From the sequence record OZ374479.1: a stretch of DNA of 32,000 bases; one strand, given 5' to 3'. Both the position numbers and the translations under genes were made by a program. Within the stretch, counting starts at the first letter, position 1. The number at the start of each line of letters is the position of its first letter. Below the pieces are notes generated by a model that did no database searches, had not been told where the DNA came from, and saw only the letters and a list, made by a program, of their open reading frames with translations. Shown one piece after another: positions 1 through 10,635 of this stretch.

Positions 1-750
<750 letters not shown>

Positions 751-766
751 TCAAGTTCTGATATTT

Positions 767-813
767 TGCTAGCTTGCTAGCATAAGTCAATTACTCGATG
801 CCTCTTCGGAGGC
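767..813 (+). terminator. psbA 3' stem-loops (TGCTAGC-TT-GCTAGCA and GCCTC-TTCG-GAGGC)
   Basis: Two perfect hairpins at 767..782 and 800..813 lie just after the psbA stop. In plastids such structures usually act as 3'-end processing or stability elements. Confidence 0.55.
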
Positions 814-982
814 AAAGAGTAAATATATAAACTTAAAAACATAGATTAGAAGCTGCTATAGGGTAAGAGGATGTCATTTTTAATTTTTATTTCTCTCTAG
901 GAACACTCATGACCCAAATTCAGTTGGACGAAAGCAAGCATTAAGGTTTTACTACACATACAAGTTATTTAAGCGCTTAAAA

Positions 983-1180
983 ATGGAGCAACAAATGTCT
1001 CAAGAAAAAGTCGATTTCTTCGCAAAAGAATGCGAGAGATATGGCATTCCGATGTCCGTTTTGGAGCATATATGTGGAGCACAACTTGAACAAGAGATTG
1101 TCGATCTGTTCTATGCGACAATTGCCGAAAAACGTGATGTAGAGGATGAGTCATTGATCGTTGATAACTTTGTATTATAA
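983..1180 (+). CDS. Hypothetical acidic 65-aa protein (orf65), duplicated in the IR
   Basis: ATG-initiated ORF with a helical, acidic, protein-like composition. It shares a motif with orf88 (see findings). A 14-bp perfect palindrome TTTAAGCGCTTAAA (968..981) abuts the ATG. No homolog recognised. Confidence 0.35.
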   Translation: MEQQMSQEKVDFFAKECERYGIPMSVLEHICGAQLEQEIVDLFYATIAEKRDVEDESLIVDNFVL

Positions 1181-1237
1181 AAGGGTTGAGAGACGATGAA
1201 GTGTAGTTTGTACACTTCTCGACCCACATAAGTAGTC

Positions 1238-1271
1238 TTATGACACAAAAGAGTTAAGTGCTCCAACTACG
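1238..1271 (-). pseudogene. psbZ: psbZ 3' fragment (last 10 codons plus stop) created by the IR boundary
   Basis: The reverse complement reads ...[10 protein letters not shown], identical to 26728..26761 of intact psbZ. The rest of the gene is absent at this junction. Confidence 0.9.
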
Positions 1272-1533
1272 TTTCACGTTCAATGAGCGCATTTTTGTGG
1301 ATTTTTACAGTATCGAGTTCGCGCGAAATCTCATGTTTAACAGTTGAACAAGACGATTTATCTTTTTGTTCAGCTGTATAGACTCGCTGAAATAGCTTAA
1401 ATTGGACGCCTTCGATTTCACATGCCTCTTTGAAGAATTTTAAGTCTTCGTTGATTTGCTTCTGCTTTTCCTTTAAAGCTTCGTATTGCTGATAAAGACT
1501 AATTAATTTATTCGGATCCAATTCCTTCGACAT
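1267..1533 (-). CDS. Hypothetical 88-aa coiled-coil-like protein (orf88)
   Basis: ATG ORF with a K/E/Q-rich heptad-like N-terminal half (LISLYQQYEALKEKQKQINEDL). The central motif FFKEACEIEGVQFKLFQRV resembles orf65. The TAG stop lies inside the IR. Confidence 0.35.
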   Translation of the reverse strand: MSKELDPNKLISLYQQYEALKEKQKQINEDLKFFKEACEIEGVQFKLFQRVYTAEQKDKSSCSTVKHEISRELDTVKIHKNALIERET

Positions 1534-1571
1534 AAAAAATATAAATAAACACTTTATTAGTATAGATTATA

Positions 1572-1599
1572 GGGTTATATACACTTTAGTATATAACCC
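1572..1599 (-). terminator. Perfect 11-bp stem-loop (GGGTTATATAC-6 nt-GTATATAACCC) spanning the stop codon of the membrane ORF
   Basis: Inverted repeat read directly from the sequence. The stop codon at 1586..1588 lies in the loop. Confidence 0.45.
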
Positions 1600-2116
1600 A
1601 CACTCCACAAAATAAAATGAGGATAATAAAAAATGAGAGGCACTTCGTAAAAAATGAGGCACGACCATAATTTTTGAACCAGCCACGACGAAAAAATGAT
1701 CGTGTCACTGGATCACGGAAAAGTTGCTGTTGTGGAAGTAATAAAATGAGTCCTACAATAATCGCACTCACTTGTACCCACGGGGTACGAAAAAACAATC
1801 CGAGAGATGTGAATAACCTGCGTACTTGTGGAAAGCCTTGTAAAAGGCATGCAAAGAAAATCGCTTGTATCATCATTACTGTGAGCATTCGTACACCACG
1901 CATGATGTAAGAACCATCAAATGGTTTTTTCGCCATGGGTTTAGCCCATGTTTGGATTTTAAAAAGGTATTGGAAGCGTTGGATAAAATTGATCCCAATA
2001 CTAATAAAAAAATTGAGCATTGATGAAACTGCTTCGACACATGTTTCTATAATAAATAACATTGAGTCTAAACACCAACAAAAACAATTAAAAATGTACA
2101 TGAAGAACTTTTTCAT
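1586..2116 (-). CDS. Hypothetical multi-pass membrane protein (176 aa from ATG at 2116; 194 codons if TTG at 2170 is used)
   Basis: Open frame with 4-5 hydrophobic segments (MYIFNCFCWCLDSMLFIIETCV, VRMLTVMMIQAIFFACLLQGF, VSAIIVGLILLLP, CLSFFIILILFCGVWVIY) and basic loops. It resembles no conserved plastid gene I recognise. Confidence 0.4.
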   Translation of the reverse strand: MKKFFMYIFNCFCWCLDSMLFIIETCVEAVSSMLNFFISIGINFIQRFQYLFKIQTWAKPMAKKPFDGSYIMRGVRMLTVMMIQAIFFACLLQGFPQVRRLFTSLGLFFRTPWVQVSAIIVGLILLLPQQQLFRDPVTRSFFRRGWFKNYGRASFFTKCLSFFIILILFCGVWVIY

Positions 2117-2280
2117 AAAACGTAAAAGTATAGTGCCATCATAACGATGTATTTTTTGGTGCAAGCGCAATGCATTTTGTATCTATCGTTGGGGTTATTA
2201 TCTGTAACCAACAAAAAAATAGATTACGTGTTTTTGGCTCTATTTCATCATAGCGAAAAAGAGTGACTTATAGAGAACAT

Positions 2281-2322
2281 GACCCCATAGAACACTAGCA
2301 ATAACCAGTGTTCTATGGGGTC
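2281..2322 (-). terminator. Perfect 16-bp stem, 10-nt loop hairpin
   Basis: GACCCCATAGAACACT ... AGTGTTCTATGGGGTC, downstream of psaB on the minus strand. Confidence 0.55.
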
Positions 2323-2348
2323 GATGTGTATTCAAATGAATGAATTAG

Positions 2349-2378
2349 ATAGCACAGATACAGATGTATCTGTGCTAT
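2349..2378 (-). terminator. psaB 3' stem-loop (perfect 13-bp stem, 4-nt loop)
   Basis: ATAGCACAGATAC-AGAT-GTATCTGTGCTAT begins 15 nt after the psaB stop codon. Confidence 0.6.
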
Positions 2379-2392
2379 TTAGCAAGTAACAA

Positions 2393-4597
2393 TTATCCGA
2401 ATTTTCCGGATGTTGATGCAATTACGAAGGCTGCGTATGTAAGAACAAATCCAACAGAGAAGTGTGTAAGTCCTACAAGACGTGCTTGTACAATTGAAAG
2501 TGCTACTGGCTTATCGTTCCACTTTACAAAGTTTGCAAGTGGTGTACGCTCGTGTGCCCATACAAGCGTTTCAATAAGCTCTTGCCAGTATCCACGCCAT
2601 GAAATAAGGAACATGAATCCTGTAGCGTAAATAAGGTGTCCAAAAAGGAACATCCATGCCCATACTGAGAGGCTGTTCATCCCAAATGGGTTGTACCCAT
2701 TAATAAGTTGTGATGAGTTAAGCCAAAGATAATCACGAAGCCACCCCATAATGTATGTTGATGATTCGTTGAACTGTGCAGAGTTTCCTTGCCAAAGTGC
2801 AAGATGCTTCCAGTGGAAGTAGAATACTGTCCATGAAACAGTATTAAGTTCCCAGAAAACAGCGAGGTAGAATGCATCCCATGCTGAGATGTCACATGTT
2901 CCCCCACGTCCTGGTCCATCACATGGGAAGCTGTAACCAAAATCTTTCTTATCTGGCATAAGCTTAGATCCACGTGCATCAAGAGCTCCTTTCACAAGAA
3001 TAAGTGTCGTTGTGTGAAGTCCAAGTGCAATCGCGTGGTGTACAAGGAAGTCTCCTGGTCCAATTGGAAGGAAAAGTGAGTTCGTTGAGCTATTAATAGC
3101 TTCAAGCCACCCTGGAAGCCAAATTGATTGACTTGCTACATTTGCTGGGTTTCCTTGCGATGCAAGAAGTACATCAAATCCGTAGATTGATTTACCTTGT
3201 GCAGCCTGAATGTATTGTGCAAATACTGGTTCAATAAGGATTTGCTTTTCTGGTGTTCCAAAAGCTTGCATTACATCGTTGTGTACGTAAAGTCCAAGCG
3301 TATGGAATCCAAGGAAAAGGGATACCCAACTAAGGTGTGAAATGATTGCTTCTTTATGCTCAAGCATACGTGCAAGTACATTTCCTTCATTTTGCTCTGG
3401 ATCGTAATCACGAATGAAGAAGATCGCTCCGTGTGCAAAAGCTCCACACATAATGAATCCAGCAATATACTGGTGGTGTGCATAAAGCGCAGCCATTGTT
3501 GTAAAGTCCTGCGCAAGGAATGCGTATGGTGGGAGAGAATACATGTGCTGTGCAACCATTGAAGTGATTACTCCAACAGAAGCAAGTGCAAGTCCAAGTT
3601 GGAAGTGAAGAGAGTTGTTCACAGTATCAAAAAGACCTTTGTGCCCAGCTCCAAGCCCTCCAGCTGGTGGTGTGTGTGCGTCAAGAATTTCACGCATACT
3701 GTGTCCAATACCAAAGTTTGTACGGTACTGGTGTCCTGCAAGAATGAATACCACTGCAATTGCAAGGTGGTGGTGTGCCATATCAGTTAACCAAAGACTT
3801 TCAGTCTGTGGGTGGAAACCACCTAAGAATGTAAGAATGGCTGTTCCTGCACCTTCAGGTGTTCCGAAGATGTGGTTTGCTGTATCCGGGTTTTGTGCAT
3901 ACACTGCCCATTGTCCAGTAAAGAACGGTGCAAGTCCTGCTGGGTGTGGTAATGTTGTAAGGAAGTTATCCCAACGTACATGCTGTCCACGTGATTCCGG
4001 AATGGCTACATGTACAAGGTGCCCAGTCCACGCAAGTGAACTTACACCAAAGAGACCAGAAAGGTGGTGGTTAAGACGCGATTCCGCGTTCTTAAACCAT
4101 GAAAGTGCTGGTGCAAATGTTGGTTGAAGGTGTAACCATCCTGCAAAGAGGAAAAGTCCAGCTACAAAAAGAAGGAAGAGAGACCCGTTATAAAGATCCC
4201 CATTTGTACGCATTCCAATTGTGTACCACCATTGGTATACACCAGAATATGCAATGTTTACTGGAGCGCTCGCTCCACCACGTGTGAATGCTTCCACTGC
4301 TGGTTGTCCAAAGTGTGGATCCCAAATAGTGTGTGCAATCGGACGTACGTGGAGTGGATCTTCACCCCATTTCTCAAAGTTTCCTTGCCATGCTACATGG
4401 AAAAGGTTACCCGATGTCCATAAGAAGATAATTGCAAGTTGTCCAAAGTGTGAAGCGAAGATCTTTTGGTAAAGCTTCTCTTCAGTCATACCATCATGCG
4501 TCTCGAAATCGTGTGCTGTTGCGATTCCGAACCAAAGACGACGCGTCGTTGGATCTTGTGCTAATCCTTGGCTAAATTTAGGGAATTTAGTTGCCAT
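2393..4597 (-). CDS. psaB: Photosystem I P700 apoprotein A2
   Basis: 734-aa ATG ORF with N-terminus [32 protein letters not shown] and Fx-binding loop [23 protein letters not shown] lies 9 nt upstream of the ATG. Confidence 0.99.
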   Translation of the reverse strand: MATKFPKFSQGLAQDPTTRRLWFGIATAHDFETHDGMTEEKLYQKIFASHFGQLAIIFLWTSGNLFHVAWQGNFEKWGEDPLHVRPIAHTIWDPHFGQPAVEAFTRGGASAPVNIAYSGVYQWWYTIGMRTNGDLYNGSLFLLFVAGLFLFAGWLHLQPTFAPALSWFKNAESRLNHHLSGLFGVSSLAWTGHLVHVAIPESRGQHVRWDNFLTTLPHPAGLAPFFTGQWAVYAQNPDTANHIFGTPEGAGTAILTFLGGFHPQTESLWLTDMAHHHLAIAVVFILAGHQYRTNFGIGHSMREILDAHTPPAGGLGAGHKGLFDTVNNSLHFQLGLALASVGVITSMVAQHMYSLPPYAFLAQDFTTMAALYAHHQYIAGFIMCGAFAHGAIFFIRDYDPEQNEGNVLARMLEHKEAIISHLSWVSLFLGFHTLGLYVHNDVMQAFGTPEKQILIEPVFAQYIQAAQGKSIYGFDVLLASQGNPANVASQSIWLPGWLEAINSSTNSLFLPIGPGDFLVHHAIALGLHTTTLILVKGALDARGSKLMPDKKDFGYSFPCDGPGRGGTCDISAWDAFYLAVFWELNTVSWTVFYFHWKHLALWQGNSAQFNESSTYIMGWLRDYLWLNSSQLINGYNPFGMNSLSVWAWMFLFGHLIYATGFMFLISWRGYWQELIETLVWAHERTPLANFVKWNDKPVALSIVQARLVGLTHFSVGFVLTYAAFVIASTSGKFG

Positions 4598-4616
4598 AAG
4601 TCATGTCCTCCGCGGG

Positions 4617-6872
4617 TTATCCGACCGCAATAATTCGCGCTAAGAAGAATGACCATGTTGTTGCAATTCCACCTAAAAGGTAGTGAGTAACACCAACGGC
4701 ACGTCCTTGTGTAATGCTTAAAGCGCGTGGTTGAATAGCAGGCGCAACTTTAAGTTTGTTGTGCGCCCATACGATTGATTCAATAAGCTCTTGCCAGTAT
4801 CCTCGTCCTGAGAATAAGAACATAAGGCTAAATGCCCAGATAAAGTGAGCTCCTAAGAAGATGAGTCCGTATGCAGAGAGTGCTGATCCATATGATTGGA
4901 TAACTTGTGATGATTGTGCCCAAAGGAAGTCACGAAGCCATCCGTTGATAGTATTGGCACTTTGTGCGAAGTTTCCACCAGTAATGTGTGAAACACCGTT
5001 ATCAGTAACACTTCCCCAAACATCTGATTGCATTTTCCAACTAAAGTGGAAAATTACAATAGAAATACTGTTGTACATCCAGAAAAGACCAAGGAATACG
5101 TGGTCCCAAGCTGAAACTTGGCATGTTCCTCCACGTCCCGGTCCATCACATGGGAATCGGAATCCAAGGTTTGCCTTATCTGGGATAAGACGTGAACTAC
5201 GTGCAAAAAGTACACCCTTAAGAAGGATAAGTACTGTTACGTGAATCGTAAACGCGTGAATGTGATGTACCATGAAATCAGATGTTCCAAGAGAAATTGG
5301 CATCATTGCAATTTTTCCACCTACGGCAACAATATCACCACCCCAACTTGCACTTGTACTCGCACCGGCTGTTGGTGCTGTAAGTTCTGGTGCAAGCGCG
5401 TGTGTATTTTGTACCCACTGCGCAAAAATTGGCTGAAGTTGAATTGCTGTATCAGAGAACATATCCTGCGGACGACCAAGTGCACTCATTGTATCGTTGT
5501 GTACATAGAGTCCAAAACTGTGGAAACCAAGGAAAATACATACCCAGTTAAGGTGTGAAATCATCGCATCACGGTGACGAAGTACACGGTCAAGGAGGTT
5601 GTTGTAGTTGTTTGTTGGATCGTAGTCACGAACCATGAAAATTGCAGCGTGTGCCGCAGCTCCACAAATACAGAATCCACCAATCCACATATGGTGTGTG
5701 AAAAGTGAAAGCTGTGTTCCATAATCCGTTGCAAGATATGGGTATGGTGGCATTGCGTACATGTGGTGCGCTACAATGATTGAAAGCGACCCAACAAGTG
5801 CAAGGTTAATTGCAAGTTGTGCATGCCATGAAGTTGTAAGAATCTCATAAAGACCCTTGTGTCCTTCACCTGTAAATGGCCCTTTGTGTGCTTCAAGGAT
5901 TTCCTTCATGCTGTGTCCAATACCCCAGTTTGTGCGGTACATGTGTCCAGCAATGATGAAGAGAACACCAATAGCAAGGTGGTGGTGTGCTGTATCAGAA
6001 AGCCAAAGACCACCTGTTACTGGGTTAAGTCCACCACGGAATGTAAGGAAATCTGAGTATTCTGTCCAATTGAATGTCCAGAATGGTGTGAGTCCTTGTG
6101 AAAAACTTGGGTAAAGCTCAGCCATGAGGTCACGGTTAAGCATAAATTCATGCGGAAGTGGAATCTCTTTTGGATCTACTCCAGCATCAAGAAGCGTGTT
6201 CACTGGTAATGCAATGTGAATCTGGTGTCCCGACCATGAAAGACTTCCAAGACCAAGAAGTCCTGCAAGGTGGTGGTTCATCATTGATTCTACGTTTTGG
6301 AACCATTCAAGCTTCGGTGCAGCCTTGTGGTAGTGCCACCATCCTGCAAAGAACATGAGACCAGCACAAATAAGTGCACCAATCGCTGTACTATAAAGTT
6401 GAAGCTCACTTGTAATTCCGCTTCCGCGCCAAAGTTGGAAGAATCCAGAAGTAATTTGTACTCCTTGGAATCCACCACCTACGTCACCGTTAAGAATTTC
6501 TTGACCTACAATTGGCCAAACAACTTGCGCACTTGGTTTAATGTGTGTTGGATCACTTAACCATGCTTCGTAGTTTGAAAAACGTGCTCCGTGGAAGTAC
6601 ATTCCACTAAGCCAAATAAAAATTACACCAAGTTGACCAAAGTGCGCACTGAAAACCTTGCGTGAAATATCTTCAAGGTCTGTTGTGTGACTATCAAAAT
6701 CGTGTGCATCAGCATGGAGATCCCATACCCATGTTGTTGTAGCAGGACCTTTCGCAAGTGTACGTGAGAAGTGTCCGGGTTTTCCCCATTTTTCAAACGA
6801 CGTTGGTACTGGATCACGATCTACTACAATCTTGACTGCCTTTACCTCACGTTCTGGTGGGCTAATTGTCAT
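4617..6872 (-). CDS. psaA: Photosystem I P700 apoprotein A1 (uninterrupted)
   Basis: 751-aa ATG ORF containing [19 protein letters not shown]. It lies directly upstream of psaB with a 19-nt spacer. Confidence 0.99.
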   Translation of the reverse strand: MTISPPEREVKAVKIVVDRDPVPTSFEKWGKPGHFSRTLAKGPATTTWVWDLHADAHDFDSHTTDLEDISRKVFSAHFGQLGVIFIWLSGMYFHGARFSNYEAWLSDPTHIKPSAQVVWPIVGQEILNGDVGGGFQGVQITSGFFQLWRGSGITSELQLYSTAIGALICAGLMFFAGWWHYHKAAPKLEWFQNVESMMNHHLAGLLGLGSLSWSGHQIHIALPVNTLLDAGVDPKEIPLPHEFMLNRDLMAELYPSFSQGLTPFWTFNWTEYSDFLTFRGGLNPVTGGLWLSDTAHHHLAIGVLFIIAGHMYRTNWGIGHSMKEILEAHKGPFTGEGHKGLYEILTTSWHAQLAINLALVGSLSIIVAHHMYAMPPYPYLATDYGTQLSLFTHHMWIGGFCICGAAAHAAIFMVRDYDPTNNYNNLLDRVLRHRDAMISHLNWVCIFLGFHSFGLYVHNDTMSALGRPQDMFSDTAIQLQPIFAQWVQNTHALAPELTAPTAGASTSASWGGDIVAVGGKIAMMPISLGTSDFMVHHIHAFTIHVTVLILLKGVLFARSSRLIPDKANLGFRFPCDGPGRGGTCQVSAWDHVFLGLFWMYNSISIVIFHFSWKMQSDVWGSVTDNGVSHITGGNFAQSANTINGWLRDFLWAQSSQVIQSYGSALSAYGLIFLGAHFIWAFSLMFLFSGRGYWQELIESIVWAHNKLKVAPAIQPRALSITQGRAVGVTHYLLGGIATTWSFFLARIIAVG

Positions 6873-7224
6873 TAAAGTTTCCTCGTTAGTTCATAAATTA
6901 CTTTGTTTTCACACAGATGGAAAACAAAAGCAATGATTGCACTCTATGTGAATACATTCGTGTGTGTTAGTGCACAGGTACGTTCATATAAAGGCAAGCC
7001 TACTTCAATTGGACATGAAAATGTCGAAATGCAATGCAATGGTATAAAGTATGGTATTCTTATTATGCCTCGAAGAGTCGATTCTGTCACTGCCAAAGGG
7101 ACAATTTCATTCATGTGGAAGGATTCTATCCGTTGGTTTCGCATGTATACTTCCACTTATGTGAGTGGAAGATAAAACAGTTGCCAAAGAACGAAGAATA
7201 AGGCAAGATATCATGTATATACAA

Positions 7225-7298
7225 GGGACTGTAGTTCAATTGGTTAGAGCGCCGCCCTGTCACGGCGGAGGTTGCGGGTTCGAGTCCCGTCAGTCCCG
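7225..7298 (+). tRNA. trnD: tRNA-Asp (GUC)
   Basis: GGGACTGTAGTTCAATTGGTTAGAGCGCCGCCCTGTCACGGCGGAGGTTGCGGGTTCGAGTCCCGTCAGTCCCG folds as a cloverleaf with anticodon loop CTGTCAC. Confidence 0.93.
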
Positions 7299-7416
7299 AA
7301 AGAAGTAAGAAAAACATTACAAATAGCGTGAAGCTTTTGCGTTTTTTTTCTATAATAAGAATGTCGCCTCTATACCTTATTTCTTTCGGTAAAATACTTC
7401 TTAAGGAGAATAACAC

Positions 7417-7527
7417 ATGGCTACATCTCTTTTACCCTCAATTTTTGTACCTCTTGTAGGTTTAGTTTTCCCTGCTGTAACAATGGCGGCTCTTTTTCTT
7501 TACATTGAAAAAGAAGAAATTAACTAA
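7417..7527 (+). CDS. psaI: Photosystem I subunit VIII
   Basis: 36 aa, [36 protein letters not shown], matching the PsaI consensus [22 protein letters not shown] lies 8 nt upstream of the ATG. Confidence 0.9.
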   Translation: MATSLLPSIFVPLVGLVFPAVTMAALFLYIEKEEIN

Positions 7528-7750
7528 TTAACATGAAATCTATTTTTGTCTATGTGTTTGCGTTTCAAGTCGTCGATTAGTACACGTCTACACTTCACCT
7601 TGGCAAAACCTCTTTAAATTCGAAGGCACATGTGTCATCGTTTCTTTTAAAGAATTACTCATTTTAACAAGGCACAGGCACACGCGTATGACACCACGTC
7701 TAGCGTGTACACATGTGTCTTATTTACCCCATTATTGCGGAGTTACATAT

Positions 7751-7852
7751 ATGAATCTTGAATTAATTGGTCAACTTGTAAGCGTTGCTTTTGTTGTTGG
7801 AGCTGGTCCAATCATTGTTGCTGCGGTATACGCACGCGGTGGAAATCTTTAA
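7751..7852 (+). CDS. ycf12: Photosystem II protein Psb30/Ycf12
   Basis: 33 aa, MNLELIGQLVSVAFVVGAGPIIVAAVYARGGNL, matching the Ycf12 pattern MNLE...GP..V......GNL. Confidence 0.88.
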   Translation: MNLELIGQLVSVAFVVGAGPIIVAAVYARGGNL

Positions 7853-7973
7853 TCCATTCAAACCTGTGTACACAACATAAGAATGCGCTTCACGTGAACA
7901 GAGCATGATTCCACGTGCTTACCTCGTTTGTTTGAGCATTCCATGAATGTACCATTAACCTTTTTTACCACGT

Positions 7974-8069
7974 ATGCCTTTATCTGATACACAAGTTTTT
8001 GTTGCTCTTTTTGTTGCACTTATTACAGGTATTCTTTCAGTACGTCTTGGAACACAGCTTTACAAGTAA
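7974..8069 (+). CDS. psaM: Photosystem I subunit XII
   Basis: 31 aa, [31 protein letters not shown], matching the PsaM pattern ISD.Q....L..A...G.LA.RL...LYK. Confidence 0.88.
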   Translation: MPLSDTQVFVALFVALITGILSVRLGTQLYK

Positions 8070-8211
8070 ACTGACAACCTATTGGGTGTTACACATTCCT
8101 TATGTATACGTTTAAGCGTATACAATGAGGAAGGTACGCCCAACTATCATAAACTAAAAAATCTAATTGTTTAAACGGGGTACATTTGCTACTCTACTAC
8201 ATAGAACATCT

Positions 8212-8285
8212 CGGAGTGTAGCGCAGTTTGGTAGCGTACGTCGTTTGGGACGATGTGGTCGCAGGTTCGAATCCTGTCACTCCGA
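8212..8285 (+). tRNA. trnP: tRNA-Pro (UGG)
   Basis: Cloverleaf CGGAGTG...CACTCCGA with anticodon loop TTTGGGA. Confidence 0.92.
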
Positions 8286-8344
8286 ACCGTCTCACATATA
8301 TATAGTTTGTATACTCGGGTATGATTATACTCGTCATTTACTAA

Positions 8345-8417
8345 GCGTCCTTAGTTCAGTTGGTAGAACGCAGGTCTCCAAAACCTGATGTCGTAGGTTC
8401 GAGTCCTACAGGGCGTG
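8345..8417 (+). tRNA. trnW: tRNA-Trp (CCA)
   Basis: GCGTCCTTAGTTCAGTTGGTAGAACGCAGGTCTCCAAAACCTGATGTCGTAGGTTCGAGTCCTACAGGGCGTG, close to plastid trnW. Confidence 0.93.
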
Positions 8418-8488
8418 GAAAACAGCAACACAAGATATTCCCGTGACAAGTCCTTGTCTCGTTGTACACATCTTGCTACACTGGGAGT

Positions 8489-8575
8489 GGAGAGATGACT
8501 GAGAGGCCGAAAGTACTTCATTGCTAATGAAGCGTACGAGTAATCGTACCAGGGGTTCGAATCCCCTTTTCTCCG
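8489..8575 (+). tRNA. trnS: tRNA-Ser (GCU), type II with long variable arm
   Basis: GGAGAGATGACTGAG...CATTGCTAATG...GGGGTTCGAATCCCCTTTTCTCCG. Confidence 0.92.
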
Positions 8576-8900
8576 TAACAGAGGGTGTGTAGACAATCTA
8601 CTTATTGCAGTCTTTTTTCCTATACGTATTGAAAATAGCGCATTTATAATGAATATGCCACAGATGTGACACAAAACACTTACATAACGAGAAGTACGGG
8701 ATAAAGCTCTTTTTATAAGTAAGGATCTTGACTGAAGCGCGCCTTTTTCAGTATGCTATATACATATAGATAATGACCCGGTATAGTAAGAGGAATATTG
8801 CACTATAGAGACGTATGTTATATAGAAAAGCAGTCACCCTATACCGATAATCGTATATTTTCGTCGAGTGAAAACGAAGATTTCCAAAACAATAGAGCTT

Positions 8901-9251
8901 ATGACCCGAGTAAAACGTGGAACCGTTGCAAGAAAACGTCGAAACAAAATTTTAGAACTAAACCGCGGGTTCCGTGGTTCACATTCCACATTATTTCGTA
9001 CAGCAAACCAACGTAGTCTAAAGGCACTTTCGTCATCATATAGTGATCGACGAAAAAAGAAACGCCAATACCGCCGTTTATGGATTCGACGTATTAATGC
9101 GGGTTCACGACCAGCGGGCCTTACGTATAGTCGTTTCATCCATGCATTAAAAGTAAATAGTGTCTTATTAAACCGTAAAATATTATCGCAACTCGTGATT
9201 TTACATCCTACAAGTTTTAATACATTAGCAAGTAAAGTAAAAATTGCTTAA
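8901..9251 (+). CDS. rpl20: Ribosomal protein L20
   Basis: 116 aa starting [37 protein letters not shown]. The 11 upstream in-frame codons of the ORF track are not conserved. Confidence 0.95.
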   Translation: MTRVKRGTVARKRRNKILELNRGFRGSHSTLFRTANQRSLKALSSSYSDRRKKKRQYRRLWIRRINAGSRPAGLTYSRFIHALKVNSVLLNRKILSQLVILHPTSFNTLASKVKIA

Positions 9252-9414
9252 TATGGAACACAGAATGCCTCTCACATTTCTAATAAATTTATTGGTTGCG
9301 TAAGACAGGGTAACGCCATGGCGGCCCTCTGGGCCGTGTCAACACATCATTTTGTGGACTGATCTCAAACAGGGGCTTGCATCTGCTCCTTGTTTTTGGT
9401 ATGTTAAGAAGTAT

Positions 9415-9499
9415 GGAGAGGTGTCAGAGTGGTTTAATGTATTGGTCTTGAAAACCAATGTAGCGCAAGTTACCGTGGGTTCAAATCCCACTCTCTCCG
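9415..9499 (+). tRNA. trnS: tRNA-Ser (UGA), type II
   Basis: GGAGAGGTGTCAGAGTGG...GGTCTTGAAAACC...GTGGGTTCAAATCCCACTCTCTCCG. Confidence 0.92.
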
Positions 9500-9658
9500 A
9501 GAAGTATATATATAGTAGATGTGGCCAAAAGAAGTATTTTGCGCGCGCCTCAAAGAATTCTCTTGAAGAAAGCATATCCTTTTTGATTTGTGGATCATTA
9601 TTAGATATAATACAATTGCTAGTTCATCCCTTAATTTGATCTGATTGGAGATTTTCTC

Positions 9659-9796
9659 ATGCCTCAACTTTTCATTCTTGGACGATTACCGGAAGCGTAC
9701 GCTCCATTTGACCCGCTCGTGGATGTACTTCCGATTATTCCCGTTCTTTTCTTACTTCTTGCTTTTGTTTGGCAAGCTTCCGTAAGTTTCCGTTAA
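9659..9796 (+). CDS. psbK: Photosystem II protein K (precursor)
   Basis: 45 aa, [45 protein letters not shown], ending in the canonical [13 protein letters not shown]. Confidence 0.92.
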   Translation: MPQLFILGRLPEAYAPFDPLVDVLPIIPVLFLLLAFVWQASVSFR

Positions 9797-9862
9797 TTAC
9801 CGAAAAGGGCACATATTCTGTGTTCTTTTATTTACCTCGCTCATTGGAGAAAGTAAAACAGT

Positions 9863-9979
9863 ATGCTTACGTTAAAAATTCTTGTTTACACCGTAGTTAT
9901 CTTCTTCATTTCGCTTTTCGTATTTGGGTTCCTTTCAAATGACCCAGGACGTAACCCAAACTCGAAAGATTTTGAATAA
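9863..9979 (+). CDS. psbI: Photosystem II protein I
   Basis: 38 aa, [38 protein letters not shown]. Confidence 0.93.
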   Translation: MLTLKILVYTVVIFFISLFVFGFLSNDPGRNPNSKDFE

Positions 9980-10193
9980 CACCTACGTATCTTATTGTAT
10001 CGTACTGAATCGAAAATATTCATGTCCGTTTACATAAGATGTGTAGTGGGTCATGTACCCATTTTTTTGTCTTTTCTATCACCCACAGCTGTAGGAAGAT
10101 AGTCGTATTCGAACACCGCATTCAACGGAATACACGCAAATAGCTTTGCTAGTTGTATGATCCTGAATGTCGTGTTTTTTTTAGGAGGATACC

Positions 10194-10322
10194 ATGAAGG
10201 ATCTTACAATTTATCTTTCAACAGCTCCAGTACTTGCTGCACTTTGGTTCAGCTTTCTTGCTGGTCTTTTGATTGAATTAAACCGTTTTTTCCCGGACGC
10301 ACTTACTTTCCCATTATTTTAA
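10194..10322 (+). CDS. psaJ: Photosystem I subunit IX
   Basis: 42 aa, [48 protein letters not shown] lies 5 nt upstream of the ATG. Confidence 0.93.
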   Translation: MKDLTIYLSTAPVLAALWFSFLAGLLIELNRFFPDALTFPLF

Positions 10323-10382
10323 TGGGAGACGTTTCCATGCACATTCCAGGTTCTATGCACACATTGGCATAGTCTTACATTT

Positions 10383-10400
10383 ACCGCCCCAAAAGGCGGT
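10383..10400 (+). terminator. psaJ 3' hairpin ACCGCC-CCAAAA-GGCGGT
   Basis: Short perfect inverted repeat about 60 nt after the psaJ stop. Confidence 0.35.
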
Positions 10401-10531
10401 CAGTGTATGTTGATGTTCTTATGTTCTTTATAGAGAACTGTAGATTTGGAATCCTATCAATATATATACTGTTCAAGTAAAAGCTCACTTGACATTATGT
10501 ACATAAAATTGTACTGTAGTAGATACATATA

Positions 10532-10604
<73 letters not shown>

Positions 10605-10635
10605 AAGGAAAGACATGTGTTCACATATAAATCGC

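Noticed and set aside
969-1229. 86-aa ORF on the minus strand (and its IR twin at 26770..27030), antisense to orf65
   Set aside because: It overlaps orf65 completely. Its S/R/H/T-rich, low-complexity translation is not protein-like. The opposite-strand 65-aa ORF has the more plausible composition and a paralog-like match to orf88.
2364-6817. About 20 ORFs of 61-170 aa overlapping psaB and psaA on either strand
   Set aside because: All lie inside two unambiguous, full-length photosystem I genes. They are typical alternative-frame or antisense ORFs of strongly codon-biased genes.
6903-7175. 90-aa (+, TTG start) and 70-aa (-) ORFs in the psaA-trnD spacer
   Set aside because: They overlap each other, have a non-ATG start, no ribosome-binding site and no recognisable family features. 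This is most likely the psaA promoter and leader region.
7126-9667. ORFs overlapping trnD, trnP, trnW, trnS(GCU) and trnS(UGA), for example 7126..7416, 8167..8388, 8351..8674, 9339..9575, 9352..9639
   Set aside because: Each reads straight through a well-folded tRNA gene, as do 13814..14044 (trnQ) and 18694..19135 (the tRNA cluster).
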